Assembly (NCBI GenBank): GCA_016706865.1
Contig: JADJIS010000002.1
Span: 484,419 to 548,418 of the forward strand
Direction of reading: 5' to 3'
DNA from: Bacteroidota bacterium
GTDB taxonomy: Bacteria > Bacteroidota > Bacteroidia > Chitinophagales > BACL12
DNA length: 64,000 bases
Positions 59,058 to 64,000 of this stretch are shown here, piece after piece (the stretch's first letter is position 1; every line of letters starts with the position of its first letter). The notes under the pieces were generated by a model. That model worked only from the letters and a program-made list of their open reading frames with translations, was not told the origin of the DNA and did no database searches. A program made the translations under genes and the position numbers.

Positions 59058-59954
59058 ATGCAAAAGATTCTGATAACAGGTGGTTCGGGTTTGATAGGAC
59101 GGCGTTTGACCGAAATTTTAGTGGCGGGAGGTTACCACATAAATTGGTTGAGCAGAAGTAAAAAAACGATACCCGGTGTTACTGTTTTTTTGTGGGATAT
59201 TGATAAGGGATTTTTGGAAGAAAGTGCTTTTAGTGGGGTGGATGTTATTATTCATTTGGCCGGAGAGGGAATTGCCGACGAAAGATGGACAACATCCCGA
59301 AAAAAAATGATCATTGAAAGCAGAACAAAAAGTACGGATCTCCTGATAAAAAAACTACGTGAAATTCCCAATCAGATAAAAACCGTTATTTGCGCATCTG
59401 CGATCGGGTTTTATGAAACTAATGCCAATTCCATAATAAATGAAGAAAATAAGTCGGGAACAGGGTTTCTCAGCGAATCGGTTTCTATATGGGAAAGCAG
59501 CACTAAAAATTTTGAAACTCTACCAATAAAACTCGCCACTATTCGAATTGGAATTGTTTTATCAAAAAAAGGTGGCGCCTATAAAGAATTGATCCAAACA
59601 AAGCCCATGGGAATATTACCCCTTATGGGAAATGGCAAACAAATTTATTCGTGGATTCATATTGACGATGTTTGTGGTATTTTTTTATTCGTTTTGGAAA
59701 ATAAACTTCATGGAATATTTAATGCAGTTGCCCCTAATCAGGTCTCCCAAAAAACAATAATGCAAACAGTAAAAAAGTATTCCAAAGGATTTCAAATAAT
59801 TGTTCCGGTTCCTGCTTTTGGATTAAAATTGATTTTAGGCGAAATGAGCAATGCAGTTTTAAATTCTCAAAAAATAAGCGGCGATAAAATAATTAACGCA
59901 GGTTATAAATTTAAATTCCCGAACATCGAAGATGCGATCAATGATCTGGAATGA
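59058..59954 (+). CDS. TIGR01777 (YfcH-like) NAD-dependent epimerase/dehydratase family protein
   Basis: ILITGGSGLIGRRL Rossmann motif and a C-terminal DUF1731-like GYKFKFPNIEDAINDL. Confidence 0.9.
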   Translation: MQKILITGGSGLIGRRLTEILVAGGYHINWLSRSKKTIPGVTVFLWDIDKGFLEESAFSGVDVIIHLAGEGIADERWTTSRKKMIIESRTKSTDLLIKKLREIPNQIKTVICASAIGFYETNANSIINEENKSGTGFLSESVSIWESSTKNFETLPIKLATIRIGIVLSKKGGAYKELIQTKPMGILPLMGNGKQIYSWIHIDDVCGIFLFVLENKLHGIFNAVAPNQVSQKTIMQTVKKYSKGFQIIVPVPAFGLKLILGEMSNAVLNSQKISGDKIINAGYKFKFPNIEDAINDLE

Positions 59955-59967
59955 GTAATGAGTTATG

Positions 59968-59994
59968 CCCGCCCGAAAGACCCGGTCGGACGGG
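59968..59994 (+). terminator. GC-rich hairpin after the stop codon (weak terminator candidate)
   Basis: CCCG-c-CCGA ... TCGG-a-CGGG, 14 nt after the TGA. No T-run follows; the heptamer tract does. Confidence 0.3.
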
Positions 59995-60023
59995 AGTATT
60001 GAGTTTGTTCCTACTCGGATTAA

Positions 60024-60183
60024 AACCCAGAACCCAGAACCCAGAACCCAGAACTCAGAACCCAGAACCCAGAACTCAGAACCCAGAACTCAGAACCCAG
60101 AACCCAGAACCCAGAACCCAGAACTCAGAACCCAGAACCCAGAACCCAGAACTCAGAACTCAGAACTCAGAACCCCGAACTCA
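60024..60183. repeat. 22 perfect-register heptamers (AACCCAG x14, AACTCAG x7, AACCCCG x1) plus a partial unit
   Basis: Counted unit by unit from 60024 to 60177 with no indels. The final partial unit aacTCA supplies the complement of the vWA gene's TGA stop codon (60181-60183). Confidence 0.95.
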
Positions 60184-62148
60184 TTTATTCGCCGCAAGCC
60201 CTGTGCAAGTTTTCAGCATATTGATAAAATCTTCGCGATAACCGTAGGTATCTAAACCTCTGGCTGAATTTGCCAATTTAATTGCCTCTTCATAGGTAGC
60301 ATCTCCTTTATATTCGCTGTCTCTTAATATCATTCCAAATTCAATTACTGCACTCGCAAAACGGAAATTATCACTTGTGGATGCCAATGGAATAGCTTTA
60401 GAGGAAAGTGATTTTTCTATTAATTTACTTGTTTCACTATTAGGTGCCTTGAATCTCAATTTTAATGTCATGATCTCATCGGTGTTGTATGCATTTTTGT
60501 TTACTTCGGTGGTTTGATATTTTAAAGTTTCACCAGATGGTTTTTCATTGGAACCACTTGGTTGATATTGATTTGCACGTAATTTAATTTCATACATTGC
60601 GGTAACGCGATGTCCTGCACCGAGTTCACCGGCATCTTTTGCATCGTTATCAAAATCTTCATTATTTAAAGTTCTGTTCTCATAACCGATCAAACGATAT
60701 TCTTCAACCAAAGCAGGATTAAATTCGATCTGAATTTTTACATCTTTTGCAATGGTAAATAGGGTTCCGCGCATATCGGTAGTAAATACTTTTTTTGCTT
60801 CTTTTTCATCGTCGATATAATAGTAGGCGCCATTTCCATTATCAGCAATGGATTCCATTTTACTGTCTTTATAATTTCCTAAACCGAATCCACATATCGT
60901 TAAAAATACCCCGGTTTTTCTTTTTTCTTCTACAAGGCGTGTCATTTCCGCATCGCTGCTTGTGCCAACATTAAAATCGCCATCTGAACATAAAATAACT
61001 CTGTTATTTCCTTCCGGTATTAAATTTTTTACTGCTATATCATAAGCGAGTTTTATACCTGCACCACCTGCGGTACTTCCACCGGCTTCGAGATTATTTA
61101 TTGCGTCTTTTATTTTCTGTTTATTTGAGCAAGTTGTGGATGGTAAAACTTCTCCTGCGGCACCTGCATATACTACAATTGCAACTCTGTCTTTTTCATT
61201 TAAATTATCTATCAATGAAATTAAAGAATGTTTAACGAGTGGTAATTTATTGGGATCCTGCATACTGCCACTTACATCAATTAAAAAAACAAGATTGGAT
61301 GCATCGGCTTCAGAATAATCAATTTCCTTTCCCTGTAATCCAACCATAATTAATTTTGTTGATTTATTCCAGGGACATTCACTCATTTCATAATTAATGG
61401 AAAATGGATCATTGCCTTTTGGTTTGTTATAGGTGTAATCAAAATAATTCACCATTTCTTCAATACGCACAGCATCTTTTGGAGGAACTTGTCCGTTATT
61501 AATAAATCTGCGGATATTAGAATAGGATGCATTGTCAACATCAATGGAAAATGTAGATAAGGGATTGCCGATCACCTTTTTAAAAATATTTTCATTTATG
61601 GCATTATAGGATTCTGTATTAAAATCGGGCCCATAATCGGCTTCAATTCCCTCATAAGTGGCATCAGCCATATAGATTTGGCCAGAATAACTTTGATTTG
61701 CTTCTACTTTTTTGTAGCTTTTATCTTCTCTTTTTTGCGGTGAAATTCCTGTTTCCGAATCCTCTTTTTCCCTGATTACCATTTCCTCTATTATGATCTC
61801 CGTTTGTAATTTAACATCCAATTTTAATTGATCATTATTTTTTAATTCTATTTTTTTCTCTACCAAAACATAATTTTCTTTAAAGAATGTTATTTGATAT
61901 TTATCCGCTTCCAGATTTGAGAAAATATAATTTCCCAAAGAATCGCTTGTAGTTTCCGTTTTTCCCTTTTCGGATTTTATTTCAATAGTTGCATTGGCGA
62001 TAGGATTGCCAAAATCAACATCCGTAATTACACCACTAATGGTTGCAGTACCCGTCAATGGCAATGAATTGTTTTTTTTGCCTCCGGCGATAATTATTCC
62101 GGTGAGCAATAAAATTGTAACTCCCGAAAAAAGAATGATCCTTTTCAT
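60181..62148 (-). CDS. von Willebrand factor type A domain protein (YfbK-like) with an N-terminal CarboxypepD_reg-like domain
   Basis: MIDAS motif VFLIDVSGSM. N-terminal ISGVITD...PIANATIEI beta-sandwich. C-terminal DUF3520-like region. Confidence 0.88.
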   Translation of the reverse strand: MKRIILFSGVTILLLTGIIIAGGKKNNSLPLTGTATISGVITDVDFGNPIANATIEIKSEKGKTETTSDSLGNYIFSNLEADKYQITFFKENYVLVEKKIELKNNDQLKLDVKLQTEIIIEEMVIREKEDSETGISPQKREDKSYKKVEANQSYSGQIYMADATYEGIEADYGPDFNTESYNAINENIFKKVIGNPLSTFSIDVDNASYSNIRRFINNGQVPPKDAVRIEEMVNYFDYTYNKPKGNDPFSINYEMSECPWNKSTKLIMVGLQGKEIDYSEADASNLVFLIDVSGSMQDPNKLPLVKHSLISLIDNLNEKDRVAIVVYAGAAGEVLPSTTCSNKQKIKDAINNLEAGGSTAGGAGIKLAYDIAVKNLIPEGNNRVILCSDGDFNVGTSSDAEMTRLVEEKRKTGVFLTICGFGLGNYKDSKMESIADNGNGAYYYIDDEKEAKKVFTTDMRGTLFTIAKDVKIQIEFNPALVEEYRLIGYENRTLNNEDFDNDAKDAGELGAGHRVTAMYEIKLRANQYQPSGSNEKPSGETLKYQTTEVNKNAYNTDEIMTLKLRFKAPNSETSKLIEKSLSSKAIPLASTSDNFRFASAVIEFGMILRDSEYKGDATYEEAIKLANSARGLDTYGYREDFINMLKTCTGLAANK

Positions 62149-62273
62149 AATTAAATATTTTATGGTTATTAAATTGTTTCGGGAGGGAGATGCGAGAGAA
62201 ATAAAAATTCCATAAGATCGGGAATTGTGAGGCGTGAATCCCTTTCATGGAGGCAGAATATTTTTAATCCAGG

Positions 62274-62422
62274 CTAGTGACTTGTGACCTTGGGTGAATA
62301 GTGAATAGAAGTGAGTATGATCCTCTAAGCATTGAAGCTATGGATATAGGCTCTAAACTTTTTTTCCGAGTCGAAGTATACTCACCACTCACTACTCACC
62401 ACTTACCACTCCCCACCTCACG
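62274..62422. repeat. two heptamer-periodic tracts in inverted orientation (xxGTGAx versus xTCACxx)
   Basis: Left arm 62274-62322 reads tagtgac ttgtgac ... tagtgaa tagaagtgagtat. Right arm 62376-62422 reads gtatactcaccactcactactcaccacttaccactccccacctcacg. AGTGAGTAT and ATACTCAC(c) are complementary. Confidence 0.7.
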
Positions 62423-62433
62423 ATTTCGGTGCT

Positions 62434-62462
62434 CAAAAAAAAAGACCCTTTCGGGCCTTTCT
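62434..62462 (-). terminator. intrinsic terminator
   Basis: On the minus strand: AAAGGCCC-GAAA-GGGTCTTT followed by a 9-nt T-run. It lies 22 nt after the stop at 62484. Confidence 0.85.
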
Positions 62463-62483
62463 AAAATATTATTCTTTAATTAA

Positions 62484-62822
62484 TCAATCCAAAAGCATAT
62501 CAATAAATACCAGATCGCCACCAACGTCTTTGGCTTTGCGAACGGTGTCCCCTTCGTGGGAAACAACAATTCTGATTACAATATCGTCGCTACCTCTTGC
62601 CATTAAATACATAGGCTCGCCTATCGTAGCAAAAACATCTTGTTTCCAAGAGCCTTTTTGGGCATAAACGGTCTCTGGAGTTCCGTCAGCTCTTAAAAAA
62701 GTTACATCAAATTCATCACCGGTTACACGGTAAGTGATCTTTTTTGTGTCTGGTAATACTTCTTCATTACAAGCCTGGAATAGAAAAAAACTAGCTATCA
62801 AACACAGAATTAAATTCTTCAT
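62484..62822 (-). CDS. small lipoprotein, unknown function
   Basis: Lipobox LFQAC. 112 aa. Confidence 0.6.
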   Translation of the reverse strand: MKNLILCLIASFFLFQACNEEVLPDTKKITYRVTGDEFDVTFLRADGTPETVYAQKGSWKQDVFATIGEPMYLMARGSDDIVIRIVVSHEGDTVRKAKDVGGDLVFIDMLLD

Positions 62823-62951
62823 ACCTTCTTAGTTTTAATTGGAGGACTAAGATACCACAATCAGAATGTGAATTGTATTAGCAATGGGACAGTGAATGTG
62901 ACATGGTATTTGGGGAGTATTTTGCACACTTTAAAACTAAAAATGTCCGTT

Positions 62952-63896
62952 TTATGGCGTTTTTGACATTTTTTCAAAGGTAGAATCATATTCTTTCATC
63001 AAATTTTGTATGATTTCTGACGCGGGTAAAATCTCTTTAATTGTTGCACTTATCTGTCCTATCTCCAATTCTCCTTCCTCTAATTCTCCCAGAAACATGC
63101 CCTTCTTAGCGCGACCTCTTCCTAATAACATTTTCAGTTCCTCCACAGTGGCTTTATTTATATACGCTTTTTCCACTTGGGCATAAAACTCATTTTTTAT
63201 CATCCGAACCGGTGTTATCTCCTTTAAGGTAAGCACCGTAGAACCCTCATCGGTATTGATTATCCTTTGTTTAAAATTTTCGTGGGCTGAACTTTCCAGA
63301 CTTGCCGCAAATCTGCTTCCTACCTGAACTCCCTCGGCACCAAGTGCCATACATGCAAACATTGCCCGTCCATCTGCAATTCCTCCTGCTGCAATAACCG
63401 GAATATCCAAAGCATCGCTCACCATGGGAATCAGACATAAGGTAGTGGTCTCCTCACGTCCATTGTGACCTCCCGCTTCAAATCCCTCGGCAACAACGGC
63501 ATCACATCCGGCCTCCTGACTTTTCAAGGCGAATTTTTTACTGCTCACCACATGAACCACAGTAATTCCGTTATCTTTTAACTTTTGGGTCCATGTTTTA
63601 GGATTTCCTGCGCTGGTAAAAACAATTTTTACTTCCTCCTCTATAATAATATTTATATGTTTATCAATATCAGGATATAATAATGGAACATTCACACCAA
63701 ATGGTTTTTTTGTTGCAGCCTTACATTTTTGAATATGTTCTCTCAAAACCTCCGGATACATACTTCCACTTCCTATCAACCCCAATCCCCCCGCTTCACT
63801 CACCGCACTCGCCAATCTCCACCCACTACACCAGATCATGCCCGCCTGCACAATGGGATATTTGATATTAAATAATTCTGTTATTCTGGTTTTCAT
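62952..63896 (-). CDS. nitronate monooxygenase / FabK-like FMN-dependent oxidoreductase
   Basis: YPIVQAGMIWCSGWRLASAVSEAGGLG, GFEAGGH and PVIAAGGIADGR motifs. Confidence 0.88.
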   Translation of the reverse strand: MKTRITELFNIKYPIVQAGMIWCSGWRLASAVSEAGGLGLIGSGSMYPEVLREHIQKCKAATKKPFGVNVPLLYPDIDKHINIIIEEEVKIVFTSAGNPKTWTQKLKDNGITVVHVVSSKKFALKSQEAGCDAVVAEGFEAGGHNGREETTTLCLIPMVSDALDIPVIAAGGIADGRAMFACMALGAEGVQVGSRFAASLESSAHENFKQRIINTDEGSTVLTLKEITPVRMIKNEFYAQVEKAYINKATVEELKMLLGRGRAKKGMFLGELEEGELEIGQISATIKEILPASEIIQNLMKEYDSTFEKMSKTP

Positions 63897-63906
63897 TTGT
63901 AATTGT

Positions 63907-63983
63907 TAGGACGTAGGACATAGGACGTAGGACGTAGGACATAGGACATAGGACATAGGACATAGGACATAGGACATAGGACT
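63907..63983. repeat. 11 tandem heptamers (TAGGACA/TAGGACG)
   Basis: Counted from 63907 to 63983 in perfect register. Same unit as the tracts at 716 and 2155. Starts 11 nt upstream of the ATG at 63896. Confidence 0.95.
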
Positions 63984-64000
63984 ATTTTAATTTAAGAGGT

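Noticed and set aside
59951-60255. Two 96-aa + strand ORFs translating to PEPRTQN-type repeats.
   Set aside because: They are produced by the 7-nt tandem tract. A 7-nt period gives a 7-aa repeat in every frame. There is no start context, they overlap the 3' end of the vWA gene, and their composition is purely repeat-driven.

Overview
This is an AT-rich chromosomal window that looks Bacteroidota-like: several proteins carry T9SS C-terminal sorting domains and many are lipoproteins or secreted proteins. I call about 60 protein-coding genes and found no rRNA, tRNA or CRISPR array. All product calls rest on motifs read by eye from the supplied translations; no database search was run.

Recognisable core genes:
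- recA, purQ and cbpA-cbpM.
- A CPA1 Na+/H+ antiporter, a DsbD-type disulfide reductase and an M2 (ACE-like) peptidase.
- A peptide ABC importer (substrate-binding protein plus two permeases).
- A TIGR01777 oxidoreductase, a vWA protein and a FabK/nitronate-monooxygenase-like flavoenzyme.

Accessory-looking content:
- A probable D-amino-acid/peptide salvage operon: a beta-lactamase-fold::D-aminoacylase fusion, a DUF1611 protein and a dipeptide epimerase.
- An overlapping HipA-like kinase/DUF3037 pair.
- A block of small detoxification-type genes (DinB, GNAT, SnoaL, VOC).
- A 1461-aa FG-GAP/FN3 T9SS surface protein.

Three non-coding observations stand out:
1. Tandem repeats with a strict 7-nt period occur at no fewer than seven intergenic sites, with different heptamers at different loci. 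Most start at or next to a gene's 3' end, twice using the stop codon as part of a repeat unit. They also form sub-blocks of a 680-bp composite array of GNRA-loop hairpins at 791-1470.
2. At 41.2-44.6 kb, four short, unrelated, co-oriented ORFs (one NADAR, one broken by an in-frame TGA) are separated by three related 120-130 bp imperfect palindromes with AAC...GTT ends. This resembles an integron-type cassette array, but no integrase is in the window.
3. A 680-bp ORF-free gap at 18.3-19.0 kb holds a GC-rich, roughly 220-nt nested imperfect palindrome plus an 11-bp perfect hairpin. It could be a structured RNA or a MITE.

I found no recognisable canonical defence system.
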